DNA of 64,000 bases from Candidatus Pacearchaeota archaeon (GCA_016188825.1 JACPHA010000006.1:10300-74299), one strand, 5' to 3'; numbered from the stretch's first letter, positions 1 to 10,877 are shown. Numbers and translations are program-made. The notes: generated by a model from the sequence alone, not told the origin.

Positions 1-25
1 AACAAACCTATTTTATTCTACAATT

Positions 26-364
26 GTGGATAACGGCCAAAAGAAATTAGCACTAATTCCAAATGCTGATAGATTCCGGCTTTATAAAAATCAAATCACA
101 ATAAATGGAAGAGTTTATAACGAAATATTAGGAAAGGTTCAATCAATGGGAGATTCGCTAGCAAAAGAAACAATTGTCACCGGTGAACTTATTTTAACAA
201 ATCCTGTAACTGGAGAAAATAAAGAAGAGATAAAAATTCCTGAGTATACAGACACAGAGGAACAAATAAGAAAGCAAACAGAAGAGAAACTTAGGAAATT
301 AAAAAAACAAATTGAAGACAAAGATAAATTGGGGAAAGAACCCAAAGAGGAAAATAATCTTTGA
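26..364 (+). CDS. Hypothetical protein, probably the 3' part of a gene entering from the left
   Basis: ORF at the window edge with a charged C-terminus; no recognisable motif. Confidence 0.5.
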   Translation: MDNGQKKLALIPNADRFRLYKNQITINGRVYNEILGKVQSMGDSLAKETIVTGELILTNPVTGENKEEIKIPEYTDTEEQIRKQTEEKLRKLKKQIEDKDKLGKEPKEENNL

Positions 365-515
365 TATAGTCGAGGACAATGATAATTTTCCATTTTGTCA
401 TTGACTACATCAAGATTTATTTAGTTTTTAAATCTTGAATGTGTTCAAGAACTATGTTCTTGACATCAAGGGAAAGACGTGCAAATTTGGTAAAAAACTT
501 GCGTCTTTCACTATA
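365..515. repeat. Dispersed hairpin-rich intergenic element, type A copy 1 (TATAG...CTATA bounded)
   Basis: Close match to 54247-54395; contains TCAAGATT..AATCTTGA, GTGTTCAAGAACTATGTTCTTGACAT and GAAAGACG..CGTCTTTC hairpins. Confidence 0.85.
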
Positions 516-519
516 GATA

Positions 520-3500
520 TTAATTGTCAGCATTACAATTATCTAAGCTATCCCCCTCTTTAATTAAAATTCCGCTGACACTAGCACTATTTGCGTCCAA
601 TTCAGGATACAATCTAATATCATTTTTCTCAAAATAATTCAAGACCTCTTTAATTTTGTCTGAATTTTCTAAAGCATTTATCTTCGCTTCTGCTTCTTTA
701 GCTAATGTAAAACAAGAGCCTTGTGAAGTAACCAAAAATTGACCTATAGAAGTAATATCTTCCCCTGAAACAACATAAATATAATGTCTAGTGGCAATTG
801 ATCCTATAAAAATATCTGTCTTTCTTCTACTCTCGTCAACAATCCAATAAACATATTTTCCTTCATTAACTGGATCCTTGTCTATATCTAAAAAGTATTC
901 TCTTGGTTTTTCTTCAATAACTGGCTTTTCTAATTGCCTATAGACTCTAAGTTGTTCTGAATTGCTCGAAATAAGGGGGTCGTCTTTTGTTCTTACAACA
1001 AAATAAAATTCAGGATCTCTCCCAGTTCCAAACAGCCCGTCTCTAACATAAATTGAATCCCACTGAACCATTGCTATTTTATCTATTCCAATCAAAGAAC
1101 TGATATTTTTCTCTAAATCATCACTACTAATAAAATCCATCTCATATATTTCAAATACAACTTCTTCTCCTATGCAAGCATTGTTTCCTTTAACACTCAA
1201 ATAAACTATTCCCTCTGAAACAGAATTGATTTTTTCAATATTACTATTAACCCACTTCGGCTCTGACAAAACACATTTTTCTTCTCTAACTCCTACACTG
1301 CTCTGCCATCCCTCAATCCTTGCTCCATCAATCTCACTAACCCTTATTCCTAAAAGTCTTCTTCCTTCAGAATTAATTTCAATCAGACCATCGCTTGTAA
1401 TAACCTTTCCAATTTCAACATAATTTCCGCCGTTATTATAAAAAACTGTTTCACCTCGAACATAATATTCGGTTGCTCTAGTTGTTCCTCCCAGTCTAAG
1501 AATAAGATTAATTCTCTTGCTTGCATCATAACTTTCCCTCAAAACAAATGAAGTTGTTGTACTTTTAACTTTCTCGGCATTCTCCCTCTCCGCATCGCTC
1601 TTGAAAAATCGCAAAGCAATCTTTTCATTAACCTGTCCTTTAATCAATAACAATCTCGCCCTATGCTCCCCAAAAACAAATTTTTCAGAAATAAATTCAA
1701 TCCTCTCCAAAATTTTCTTTCCCTCTGTTTCAACATCTTGCTTTCTGCTCAAACTTGCTAAAGCATCTTCCAAACTCTTTAATTCGGCATCTGCATTGCT
1801 CCCAAGTAAAACTCCTCCTTCTTTTTCCAAATTCGCCAATCTTGTCTTTTCTAAATTTTCAATAGTTTCATTAATCGCTCCAACATTATTTGATGTTATA
1901 GCATTACTCACGCTTTTCTCATCGAGCCAACAGCTTATTTTTTCATTGCCGCAATAACCAACTTTAACAAATCTCGCAGGATCTGTCGCACTCCCTGGAT
2001 TCTGGCTTGCGCAGATTCTAACAACTCCACGATTATAAATTTCAGGAGATATAAGTTCTTCAGCACTGCTTTGCAAATTAGGATTCAACAATGCTCCAGC
2101 ACTCGATGTTCCTCCGATGCACTCGCTTTCAGAAGTTATCTGTCTCTTATCGATTTGCTCCTTGACATAAATATCCCTCAATTGATCAATCGCAAAACTC
2201 GTTGAAACTTGTTTAAACCCGCACTCTTCCTCCTCATTAATCCTCACACAAAGTTCCTTATATCCTTCAGGCGCTGTGAAATCTTTTGTTTCAGAAGCAT
2301 ATTGCCCCAAGGGTATAAATCCCGAAGCAACCTGAACTCTCTGCGCAATTGAATAATATGAGCTCTCCGGAGGATTTCTCAAATAAACGCTAAAGTGAAC
2401 TCCAGAATCTTTGCCTGAAAAAATATGATAAAATAATTTGTATTGCGCTGTCGCCGGAACAGTTGCAGTGCTGTATGTCTTCGAATCAAACCATGCATGA
2501 AATTGCGGCGGCGAATCTGGTTCTACTAGTGCTTTAAACTTGCTAGGCGCTTTCGCAGAAATAAATGTCTTGCAAAGTTCTCCAGAAACCTCCTCAACTG
2601 CAGAGCTAACGCTCAACGGATTTGCGCCGTATCTTCCTTCAGTCCTAACTTGAAATGCCTTCAAAGAATTAACAGCATAGCTCTGCGTAAAATAATTCAT
2701 TGAGTTCTGCGCATTCTGCCATGCCGAATTCACTGTTAGATATTCCCCTCCTCCTCTTGTTCCCTGCCCGTAAGCAATCTCGACTAATTTTGGAATCAAA
2801 ACATTTACAAAAGGAGCAACTTGGCTCCAGAAAAACTCACATGTATAAACAGAATAAATCTGATCGCAAATCCCAACCATTCTTCCTGTATTTACATTCT
2901 CCTGCAAGCAATCTCTATAATTCCTCAATATAGATGCCCATCCATCAATTCCAGCTTGAACGCCGCTCAAGCAGACCGGCACAGCAATACCTTCTCTTAC
3001 ATTTGGCAAACATAACAATGTGCTTCCGACAATTCCCGACTGTTGAACATTTGCAACTGGAAACTTTCCGCCAAAATCGCAGCGCGACGACGGGCATATA
3101 ACAGGATCGCAAACATTAAACAATACATAGCAATCTCTTGGTGACATGAAATCCTGACATTGTGTTTCCGGAATACCCGCAGCAGGTTTTCCAATCTTAA
3201 ATCTCTCTCCGCCAATCATCACATAATTCTGTCCTCGTGAATATTGTCTCGCCGCCTCTTCAACTGCATTAACTGCTCTGCTAACTAAACTCCTCGCCTC
3301 GCTCTCGCTTAATCCGGGGAAAAATTCTAGTGGCTGTCCTGTATTCAAATTAATTATCTGGCACAAATCGTCTCCGTATCCAGACTGAAATTCAATTCTC
3401 TTATTCTCTCCAACATTGCACAATCTAAAACTGACAACCCTTCCGCTTGCATCAAACGCTCCAATGCCCCCAAAAGCAGGCAGTGTTTGTGTCGTCGCTG

Positions 3501-6500
3501 CATACCATCCATTCCTGACATCAAAAGGCACAACAGCAGGCATGCCTTTGTAAGGCTCGGTCTCATAATATCTAACTTCTCTGTCTTGCGAAGAAATTTC
3601 ATTATGATAACTCACTCTGTCAGTTGATTTTATATTCCCAATCCCATATCTGCTCGCAAACTCAGGAGTATTATCTAACTTGGTGTATCTTCCATCAGCT
3701 TCCTTCTTCCAAACCTCCTTGACATTATAAATTCCTGTTCTTGAATCAACCTCTTCCAAACCCAACAAATAAGCAGCGCTTTCAAATTTACTCCCTGTAT
3801 CAGAACTGCTTGCTGGCACTATCACACTTGAAACGTGTGTAACTCCAGTGCCAAAATTAGCTTGTGATTTCAAATTTCCAGATCTGACAACCTGCGCAAC
3901 CCTTGTGCTCTGCGCATTTATGCTTGCAAAAATCGGCGACGGCAATCCTTGTTTTGTCGCTTCCTGTTCTTGCGCAATAAGTTTATTTAATGCAACATTT
4001 TCATCGATTTTCTTAACCAAGTCAGTTGACTTATCATTAAGATTTTTCCCTTGCTCTGAACTCAATCCGGATTTCTGTAATTCACAATATAACATAGTTG
4101 TCCTGATAGAATTCATGCTCGCTGCTCCACTATTAACATTGTCTTCAGATAACAATTCACTGGCTTTCTTTTCATTTATAACACAATCTCCATACTGCCT
4201 TCTCGCCTCTGCAGCCAGCTCAATTTCAGCAGCATCAGTATTAATGCTCTTCCCAAAAATTCCATTGCTTATGGTGTGTTTTTCCTGAATTGGCTTTATC
4301 TTCTCATTAATTTTGTTTATCGCTGTCTCTGTTTTTGAAACATCAGATTCAATCTCGCTCGCTTTGTCCAAATAGCAAGCATTCAAATTAACATAATCTC
4401 CTTTCGCAACCATGTCGGCGCAAATATTTTTCCATCCGCTCTTTCCATTCATAACTTCCTGCCTTGCTATTGACTTGCCACTCAAACCAGAAAGAAAGCT
4501 CTTAAATGTCAAAGCGGCCGCTGTCCCAAAACACGCCTCTTTCAAATGCGTTACTGTTTCTCCCAAATTCTTAGAAATTTTCTCCCAATCCTTTATCGTA
4601 CCATTCAACTTTTCTATTTTCTCCAACGCCTTGTCCGGAGTTAATTTAATTCTCCTTTTCTCAATTCCAACTCCGACAGTCAAATTAGTAACTGTCTGCG
4701 TCCCCTCTGCTCCAGGAATCAATCTTATCTTCGCAAACTTCTCAACATTTGTCTTATGCAATTTAACTGTCAAGCCGCAAATCTCTTTTGCCTGCTCGTC
4801 TATTCGCAACTCAACGCTTGATTTTCTCATCGTAAAACCTCCAGTCTCATTTGCGCAATAATATCCCAATCTTGCTCTTTCCACATCTAAATCACCCAAC
4901 TCAAACTTTGCCCTTGTCCCTCCCCTTATAACTTCAGTCGCATTCCTCTCTCCTAATTTGATTTTCTCGACCCTATCTTCAATAAATATCTCAGCGCTCT
5001 GCTCTTTCAAAGGCTTACTCAAACTAACAAGCCTTATCGCCCTTGTCCTGTCATCAAACTCAACAACTGTTCCGGCAAAACTCGAATCAATCTCAGACAA
5101 AGCATTCAACTCATCTAAATAACCGTTTGTATTTCCCTCTGGATATTTCTCTGTCAATTTGTTAATCAATCTCGCTTGCTCATTCTCCATTCCAAACTCT
5201 CTCGCTAATTCCTTGGCTTTCTCCAAAGCAATCTCCCCATAATATCTGCCTTCTCCCAAACCGCCTTCTTTTGTATCAGGGTAATCATCAGCAACTTGCT
5301 CATAACTCTCAATCGCTTTTCTGTAATATTCTCTTGTCTTAGCAGAAACATTCTTTGCGGCAAAACTGCTTATTCTAAAATCAGGATAGTTTTTCTTATT
5401 TTCCCCATATTCTTTCAAAGAGCTCCACAACAAAACAAACCATTTTTTATTTTCTTCACTGTCTTTGCCAACGACAGATTGATCAACATCTCCATCACTC
5501 GAAACAATTATCTTCCCTTCTTTCAATAATTGCCCATTTGTATTCAAAACATAAGTTCCTCTTTTACCCGAGTCTTTCAACTCGCTTAAATCAATTCTAT
5601 AATCTCCATTGCTTTCTTTTGTTGGCTCTTTTAAAACACCTTCAGCATAAAATATTCCAAACTTTCCCCCTTTTCTATTCAATCCTAAAACAAATTCTTT
5701 TCCTTGACAGCTTCCAATGACTTCCCCGCTCTGCCCATCGTCTTCAATATTAATGCTTCTTATTGTGCATCTATCATCCATAAACCTAGCGCCCTGATAA
5801 ACATCAAAAATATCTGTTCCATCGTCGCTTGAAACTTCTATCTTTGCCTTTTTTTCAGCAGAAATAAATCCGTCATAAGCTATTTCCAAACTCGCTCTGC
5901 AATACATTCCAGGCAATATTATCTTCCTTGATGTTTGTCCGCGATCAACTCTAACCGTGCTAACCTTTTTATCGCCATAATAAACAGACACAAATGCTAT
6001 GTTGCTGTCCGCCTCTTCTAATCTAACAAAATATCTTCCCCTCCAAAAACTATTTTTTACTTTTTCTCTCTGCCATTCCTCTTCTGTCATCGGCGTTAAA
6101 ATAAACTCTGCCCTGCCAACCCCCAGAGAATTTCCTGCATTATACTCTATCTGCGCGCTCAGAGTCACATTTATATTTTCAGGCAGCTTGCTTTCATCTG
6201 GCTGTCTTTTCAAAATCAAAACAACATAACCAATATTATTAACAAGCGGGCTTCCTAAAAGTTTGTCATGTGTCCTCAAGGCTGCTTTCGCAGGATGAAA
6301 GCCATAGTCAACAATTCCCTCTGGTTTTTCTCCAATGAATCTCATATTTCTTATGCTCTTTATATCAACTAATGGATTTATCTTGTAAGCATCGATCTGG
6401 CAAAACACCGGAACATTTTGCTCTGCTAACAAATCACTTCTAACAATCACCGGCTGGCAACCTGCAGGAGCAATGCTCAACAGCAAATCCTGTCTTGCTT

Positions 6501-6723
6501 CGCATGTTTCTCTGTCTCCTAAAATGGGCCAATAATTTTTAATATCCCCGCCGCTATAATAAGTCTCAAAACTAGGTCTGTTTTGGTATGTTGCAGAAAA
6601 ACCTCCTTGAGAGCTTCCACTAAAACTTCTGTAAACAGCAGCATTCGCAAAACCAGCCTCAAATATTGTTCCAGCAAGAACTGCTAAAACAAAAAAAGAA
6701 ACTATTTTTTTCTCAAATATCAT
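520..6723 (-). CDS. Giant (2067 aa) secreted Cys-rich surface protein
   Basis: N-terminal hydrophobic signal (FFVLAVLAGTIFEAGFANA), many paired Cys, short TPR-like helical segment; ATGA overlap with the upstream gene. Confidence 0.85.
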   Translation of the reverse strand: MIFEKKIVSFFVLAVLAGTIFEAGFANAAVYRSFSGSSQGGFSATYQNRPSFETYYSGGDIKNYWPILGDRETCEARQDLLLSIAPAGCQPVIVRSDLLAEQNVPVFCQIDAYKINPLVDIKSIRNMRFIGEKPEGIVDYGFHPAKAALRTHDKLLGSPLVNNIGYVVLILKRQPDESKLPENINVTLSAQIEYNAGNSLGVGRAEFILTPMTEEEWQREKVKNSFWRGRYFVRLEEADSNIAFVSVYYGDKKVSTVRVDRGQTSRKIILPGMYCRASLEIAYDGFISAEKKAKIEVSSDDGTDIFDVYQGARFMDDRCTIRSINIEDDGQSGEVIGSCQGKEFVLGLNRKGGKFGIFYAEGVLKEPTKESNGDYRIDLSELKDSGKRGTYVLNTNGQLLKEGKIIVSSDGDVDQSVVGKDSEENKKWFVLLWSSLKEYGENKKNYPDFRISSFAAKNVSAKTREYYRKAIESYEQVADDYPDTKEGGLGEGRYYGEIALEKAKELAREFGMENEQARLINKLTEKYPEGNTNGYLDELNALSEIDSSFAGTVVEFDDRTRAIRLVSLSKPLKEQSAEIFIEDRVEKIKLGERNATEVIRGGTRAKFELGDLDVERARLGYYCANETGGFTMRKSSVELRIDEQAKEICGLTVKLHKTNVEKFAKIRLIPGAEGTQTVTNLTVGVGIEKRRIKLTPDKALEKIEKLNGTIKDWEKISKNLGETVTHLKEACFGTAAALTFKSFLSGLSGKSIARQEVMNGKSGWKNICADMVAKGDYVNLNACYLDKASEIESDVSKTETAINKINEKIKPIQEKHTISNGIFGKSINTDAAEIELAAEARRQYGDCVINEKKASELLSEDNVNSGAASMNSIRTTMLYCELQKSGLSSEQGKNLNDKSTDLVKKIDENVALNKLIAQEQEATKQGLPSPIFASINAQSTRVAQVVRSGNLKSQANFGTGVTHVSSVIVPASSSDTGSKFESAAYLLGLEEVDSRTGIYNVKEVWKKEADGRYTKLDNTPEFASRYGIGNIKSTDRVSYHNEISSQDREVRYYETEPYKGMPAVVPFDVRNGWYAATTQTLPAFGGIGAFDASGRVVSFRLCNVGENKRIEFQSGYGDDLCQIINLNTGQPLEFFPGLSESEARSLVSRAVNAVEEAARQYSRGQNYVMIGGERFKIGKPAAGIPETQCQDFMSPRDCYVLFNVCDPVICPSSRCDFGGKFPVANVQQSGIVGSTLLCLPNVREGIAVPVCLSGVQAGIDGWASILRNYRDCLQENVNTGRMVGICDQIYSVYTCEFFWSQVAPFVNVLIPKLVEIAYGQGTRGGGEYLTVNSAWQNAQNSMNYFTQSYAVNSLKAFQVRTEGRYGANPLSVSSAVEEVSGELCKTFISAKAPSKFKALVEPDSPPQFHAWFDSKTYSTATVPATAQYKLFYHIFSGKDSGVHFSVYLRNPPESSYYSIAQRVQVASGFIPLGQYASETKDFTAPEGYKELCVRINEEEECGFKQVSTSFAIDQLRDIYVKEQIDKRQITSESECIGGTSSAGALLNPNLQSSAEELISPEIYNRGVVRICASQNPGSATDPARFVKVGYCGNEKISCWLDEKSVSNAITSNNVGAINETIENLEKTRLANLEKEGGVLLGSNADAELKSLEDALASLSRKQDVETEGKKILERIEFISEKFVFGEHRARLLLIKGQVNEKIALRFFKSDAERENAEKVKSTTTSFVLRESYDASKRINLILRLGGTTRATEYYVRGETVFYNNGGNYVEIGKVITSDGLIEINSEGRRLLGIRVSEIDGARIEGWQSSVGVREEKCVLSEPKWVNSNIEKINSVSEGIVYLSVKGNNACIGEEVVFEIYEMDFISSDDLEKNISSLIGIDKIAMVQWDSIYVRDGLFGTGRDPEFYFVVRTKDDPLISSNSEQLRVYRQLEKPVIEEKPREYFLDIDKDPVNEGKYVYWIVDESRRKTDIFIGSIATRHYIYVVSGEDITSIGQFLVTSQGSCFTLAKEAEAKINALENSDKIKEVLNYFEKNDIRLYPELDANSASVSGILIKEGDSLDNCNADN

Positions 6724-8612
6724 GTTCCCTCCGAAAACTCCAAATTTACTTTGCTCTCTTCAAACAGCTCAAAATTCCTCTGCAATTCCTCAATTGACCT
6801 CGGCGCAGGCAAAGCCCCAACTTCAATTATCATCTTTCCTTTCTCCAGCTGATTGTCCAAAATATAGCTCTGTAATTGTCCTCCGCCAATTAGCTCCCCG
6901 TCTATCTTTGTCTCTGGCACATTAATATCAAAGCACTTTTCTTTAGTTCCTCCAAACAACCCTAACAATCCGGATTTTGGAACATCAACACACTCTGTCT
7001 TTGTGCTTGCAGGAATCACAACACTTGAATTACCGTAAACATAAACCTTAACCTCATAACTTCCCTCGCTCAATTTTATTTTATCTTGCTCCGGCAGTGC
7101 TATTGCGTTTGTCTTGCCATCATCCCGCACAAAAGTCGCAATGGCTGTTCCTTTCAATCGCTGCCCGCCAACCTTTAATTCAACATCCACTTCTCTTTCT
7201 CTTTCCATTATAATCTCTTTAAACCTCTCTGAATTGCTCGAGAACAACTCTCTCTTTTCTGCGTACCCTTCTGCTCTTGCATGCAAATAACCATTAACAC
7301 AGGCCGGCGCAACTCCAAGAAATCTTCCGTCTACACTCTCTCCAAGCCTGCATCTCTGATCAAAACACTCATAACTAATGTTCGCATCAACTTCATTCAA
7401 ATTAACATCATAAAGATTAACCTCTATTTCCTGTGTCTTAAACTCGCATAAATCAAATTCTTCTTGCGCAATTTCTTCTGATATTACTCTGTTTGCAATG
7501 CTTTCTCTCGGCACATTATTATCTATCACAACAACAATCGGAAACTGGAAAATTTCTTCATTGTCATAAATCTGTATTAAAACTGGAAAACTGACATCAT
7601 AAACAAAATGATAAGGAATATAGCAGAATCCCATTACTCCTGCTCCCTGCTGATTTCCTATAGGCTCTGAAATCATTATTTCGTCGTCAACACCCTCTCC
7701 TTCTATCTCAATCTTAGCAGGCCAATTTTTTAAATACATAAAATTCACTGCCTCATCTGTTGATTTATCTAAAATAAAATAATTGCTGTTGTTTCCTCTC
7801 GCCCTATAATAATCTCCTCCTAATTTTATAGCCAAAATATTTTCTTCCAATCCTTCTCTCAAGCCGCTGATTACCTCTTGTGTTGCCCAAATCTTCGGCC
7901 CGCACTGTATCTCAACACCATCGACCGGCGCATACAAATACAAAACATCGGTAGCATACTGCTCCAAAAATGCCTCTTTCTTTTCCTTTTCATAAATTTC
8001 TAAAGCAATAGAATAAAACTTTCCCAGCTTGCTATCAACCGCAACGTTATGAGCAACTTTTCTTCCGCTCTTCCCCGCTTTCCTAACTGACATCTCGCTA
8101 TTTACTTCAACATTAACTCTATTGTTTTCAATATCAACTCTTGCCCTTGGCTCGCTCAAACTAATTTCAAACCCTTGAGCATAAAAATTTTCAAAATCAC
8201 AAACAACAAGGCCTTCCTCAACATAATCCTCAATCTCTTTTTCAATCTCCTCTTTGTTTGGAACTTGCTCTTTAATCAAACTATTTCCTGCAGCATAATA
8301 CCAATAAGGAACAGGAAACCCTAAAAAGTTCAAATGCGAGGAAAATGGAGCATAGTCGCTCCCTGGCACATAAGCAGGAACATCAACATATCCTCCCTGT
8401 GTTTCAGCCAGTTGTATCGCTCCTCTTGTCTCTTCTTCTATGCAACCCTGATAATACTCAAAAACCTTAACCAACTCCTGCGGTATCCCTCCTGCTCCAA
8501 GAACTTGCCCGCGCACAACAAAATAAGCAATAATTCCACCAACTATAATGACCGCAATTATAACAAAGATAGTAACTTGTCCTTTTTTATCAAACTTTTT
8601 TTCTTCAAGCAT
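6720..8612 (-). CDS. Large class III signal-peptide (pilin-like N-terminus) protein
   Basis: DKKG/QVTIFVIIAVIIVGGIIAYFVV archaeal class III signal motif. Confidence 0.85.
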   Translation of the reverse strand: MLEEKKFDKKGQVTIFVIIAVIIVGGIIAYFVVRGQVLGAGGIPQELVKVFEYYQGCIEEETRGAIQLAETQGGYVDVPAYVPGSDYAPFSSHLNFLGFPVPYWYYAAGNSLIKEQVPNKEEIEKEIEDYVEEGLVVCDFENFYAQGFEISLSEPRARVDIENNRVNVEVNSEMSVRKAGKSGRKVAHNVAVDSKLGKFYSIALEIYEKEKKEAFLEQYATDVLYLYAPVDGVEIQCGPKIWATQEVISGLREGLEENILAIKLGGDYYRARGNNSNYFILDKSTDEAVNFMYLKNWPAKIEIEGEGVDDEIMISEPIGNQQGAGVMGFCYIPYHFVYDVSFPVLIQIYDNEEIFQFPIVVVIDNNVPRESIANRVISEEIAQEEFDLCEFKTQEIEVNLYDVNLNEVDANISYECFDQRCRLGESVDGRFLGVAPACVNGYLHARAEGYAEKRELFSSNSERFKEIIMEREREVDVELKVGGQRLKGTAIATFVRDDGKTNAIALPEQDKIKLSEGSYEVKVYVYGNSSVVIPASTKTECVDVPKSGLLGLFGGTKEKCFDINVPETKIDGELIGGGQLQSYILDNQLEKGKMIIEVGALPAPRSIEELQRNFELFEESKVNLEFSEGT

Positions 8613-8754
8613 TTTTCCCTCCTTTTTCTTTTCCTCTCTCGCCGACTTTTTTCCTTATTAGCTCGATAATTTCACTATTAATATCTTTCTTAATGCTCTC
8701 TTTAAACTTCTCCCACATTTTCTCATCTTCTATCAAAAGCAGATATTTCTTCAT
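8605..8754 (-). CDS. Small (49 aa) putative ribbon-helix-helix-like regulator, not in the ORF track
   Basis: MKKYLLLIEDEKMWEKFKESIKKDINSEIIELIRKKV..., a beta-alpha-alpha pattern; its stop overlaps the start of 6720-8612. Confidence 0.55.
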   Translation of the reverse strand: MKKYLLLIEDEKMWEKFKESIKKDINSEIIELIRKKVGERGKEKGGKNA

Positions 8755-8819
8755 TCTTCCTCTTTTTACCCGATTTATAACTATTTATGATATATAAACT
8801 TTGCTTATTAACTAACTTA

Positions 8820-8840
8820 TTTACTTACTTAGTAAGTAAA
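8820..8840. promoter_or_regulatory. Perfect inverted repeat, candidate operator
   Basis: TTTACTTACT-T-AGTAAGTAAA upstream of the 8754-to-520 operon. Confidence 0.45.
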
Positions 8841-8891
8841 ATTAACAGATAAAGTTTAAATAACGGTAAAATAAAAGATGGGCTGAACGGA

Positions 8892-9095
8892 ATGAGAAGC
8901 CAATTCGAAAGTTTTGCATATGCAAATTCATTTATGAATCTAAGGAGAGTTATTCATAACTTTGTTAATCCACATCAAGAACTTAAAGGAAAAACACCAG
9001 CAGAAAAAGCAGAGATAAAACTTGATTTAGGGAGAAACAAACTCTTTGAATTAATTAGATATTTGTCAAATAATAAACATCATTCGCTAAGATGA
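8892..9095 (+). pseudogene. Transposase C-terminal remnant (DDE/integrase-core type)
   Basis: HNFVNPHQELKGKTPAE resembles the YN..RPH.SL.GKTPAE tail of IS transposases; only 67 aa; sits next to the tRNA 3' end. Confidence 0.7.
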
Positions 9096-9118
9096 CAGTA
9101 TTATTTATTGAAAAGAAA

Positions 9119-9189
9119 TGGCCTCAGGCAGAATCGAACTGCCGCTCCATCCACGTCAAGGACGTGTTCTACCACTAGACTATAAGGCC
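9119..9189 (-). tRNA. tRNA-Val(GAC)
   Basis: Minus strand GGCCTTA..TGAGGCC acceptor stem, anticodon arm CGTCC-TTGACGT-GGATG, T-arm GGCAG-TTCGATT-CTGCC; CCA not encoded. Confidence 0.93.
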
Positions 9190-9235
9190 TAATTTTTAAG
9201 GCAATCTATCAAGCTATAAAAATCTTCTTGATTTT

Positions 9236-10150
9236 TTAGCTGGCGATCCGAATTCTTAATAGAAGACGTTTTTTATCATTAAATGCTGTTCTTCCATGTA
9301 AAATCTCATGATTATTTGTTATAAGAATTTCTCCTTTGTTTAAGCCGAAAATTAATTTTTCAGGATGTTTTTCCACATATCTATTGAAATAATTAATTGC
9401 CCATATAATCTCTGGTTTTCTCATTTTTGGACAACATTCAAATCCGTTTGATAATGTATCAAAACGAAAACGAACAAGAGGTTTTTTTGCTATAATCGGA
9501 GCAAATATTACTTCGGGGACATTTTCGCTTCTCTGTTTTGTGTATGCTGTTGGAACACGAAATGGAAATAAATTAGAACTAAGAATCTTAACACATTTTC
9601 TGCCTTCACTTTTTTTTCTTAAAGTATAAATAGCTCTTTTCCCATCTAAAATTGTAGTTAAACCTCCCTTTCTTGCCCGTCTAACGGCAAACAACATTAC
9701 ATATTTTTCAGGATTTTTTCTGTATTGTGAATCTGTGTGTAAGCCAGCCAGTGCAGAATTTTCAGAAATAGTTGGAGCATATTCAACCTTTCTTGGAGTA
9801 ATATTCCAAATAATTTTCTCGTCGTGTACGTCTGTTGGTGTTGGTCTGCCAATACATAGTGCAAATGAAAGAGCTAAAAAATCTCGAATATAAGAAGAAT
9901 ATTGTAGAAATGGAAATCTTCTAATAACAACAAAACGATTGTTTGTTTCTAATTTTCTTCGAACCTCTTTTGTAAACTTAAACAATTCAGGCCATTTTAC
10001 TATAATGTTTTTTCTCAAAGCATTATACAATAAAGGATTATTTATTCTAATATTTGGATATTTTTTGTAAAGTATCAAAAATAATTTCAAAACTTTATCT
10101 GGCAATATTAAGTTTGAAGCGTCTATAAAAATATCTTTTTGTATTTTCAT
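9236..10150 (-). CDS. TauD/TfdA (clavaminate synthase-like) Fe(II)/2-oxoglutarate dioxygenase
   Basis: LHTD iron motif, GGLTTILDG, NNHEILHGRTAF and C-terminal RLLLR. Confidence 0.85.
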   Translation of the reverse strand: MKIQKDIFIDASNLILPDKVLKLFLILYKKYPNIRINNPLLYNALRKNIIVKWPELFKFTKEVRRKLETNNRFVVIRRFPFLQYSSYIRDFLALSFALCIGRPTPTDVHDEKIIWNITPRKVEYAPTISENSALAGLHTDSQYRKNPEKYVMLFAVRRARKGGLTTILDGKRAIYTLRKKSEGRKCVKILSSNLFPFRVPTAYTKQRSENVPEVIFAPIIAKKPLVRFRFDTLSNGFECCPKMRKPEIIWAINYFNRYVEKHPEKLIFGLNKGEILITNNHEILHGRTAFNDKKRLLLRIRIAS

Positions 10151-10175
10151 AATTGAATATTTTATTTGTTAGATT

Positions 10176-10877
10176 TTATGCCCTGGCTAATAAAGATGTG
10201 CCTTGAATATTATCTTCATATTTTATTTCCGCATCTCCTATCAATTCTAAGTCTAGTATTCCTGCACTTTCTACAAAACAACAAGATTCATTTCTCCTAG
10301 GCATCATCAAGTAAATAGCTGACACATTGCCAAACTCATCCTGCATTCCATCGAAGATACCAATAAACTCCTCTAGACAAAAATCTTCTTTTATTTTTAA
10401 AAGTGAGCTAATAGTGAATATGTCATTATATCCTTCTATAATAGCATTGGTTGATGTTCTTAGATCACTAGTTAGCTGTAACGAACTTCCTATTTGGCCA
10501 GTTATTTGTCTATAGCCTAAGTCTATCATTCTAAATGGTCTTAAATTCCGATTCGTCCACTCCAGCAATGAAAAAGTTCCGGAAGCTAAATTGTCTTCAT
10601 AAGGATAAATTAGTTTTCCACTGATCCTATATTCTCCAGAAATACGTGGGTGATTTGGGCCTTCAGGAAAATTTAAAGTAAAGCCCATATCTCTAACTAT
10701 ATTAATTAAATTATTCATAGAAGGCATATTCTTCGTAAAATCTTCAGGAATGCCTAATGTTCTAGATAGAGCGTCAAACAAACCATTCTGACAATTACAT
10801 CCTAAAAAATTTAAAGAAATCAAGCTAGAAAGACCACCCACAATAGCTTCTCTTCTTGTTATATAATTATTTTTCAT
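10176..10877 (-). CDS. Putative exported lipoprotein
   Basis: TRREAIVGGLSSLISLNFLGC: twin-arginine-like motif plus lipobox-like LGC. Confidence 0.65.
   Translation of the reverse strand: MKNNYITRREAIVGGLSSLISLNFLGCNCQNGLFDALSRTLGIPEDFTKNMPSMNNLINIVRDMGFTLNFPEGPNHPRISGEYRISGKLIYPYEDNLASGTFSLLEWTNRNLRPFRMIDLGYRQITGQIGSSLQLTSDLRTSTNAIIEGYNDIFTISSLLKIKEDFCLEEFIGIFDGMQDEFGNVSAIYLMMPRRNESCCFVESAGILDLELIGDAEIKYEDNIQGTSLLARA

Noticed and set aside
1226..6229. Short + strand ORFs opposite the giant gene, and similar antisense ORFs elsewhere (e.g. 18221-18778, 63413-63997)
   Set aside because: Shadow ORFs of well-supported genes on the opposite strand.
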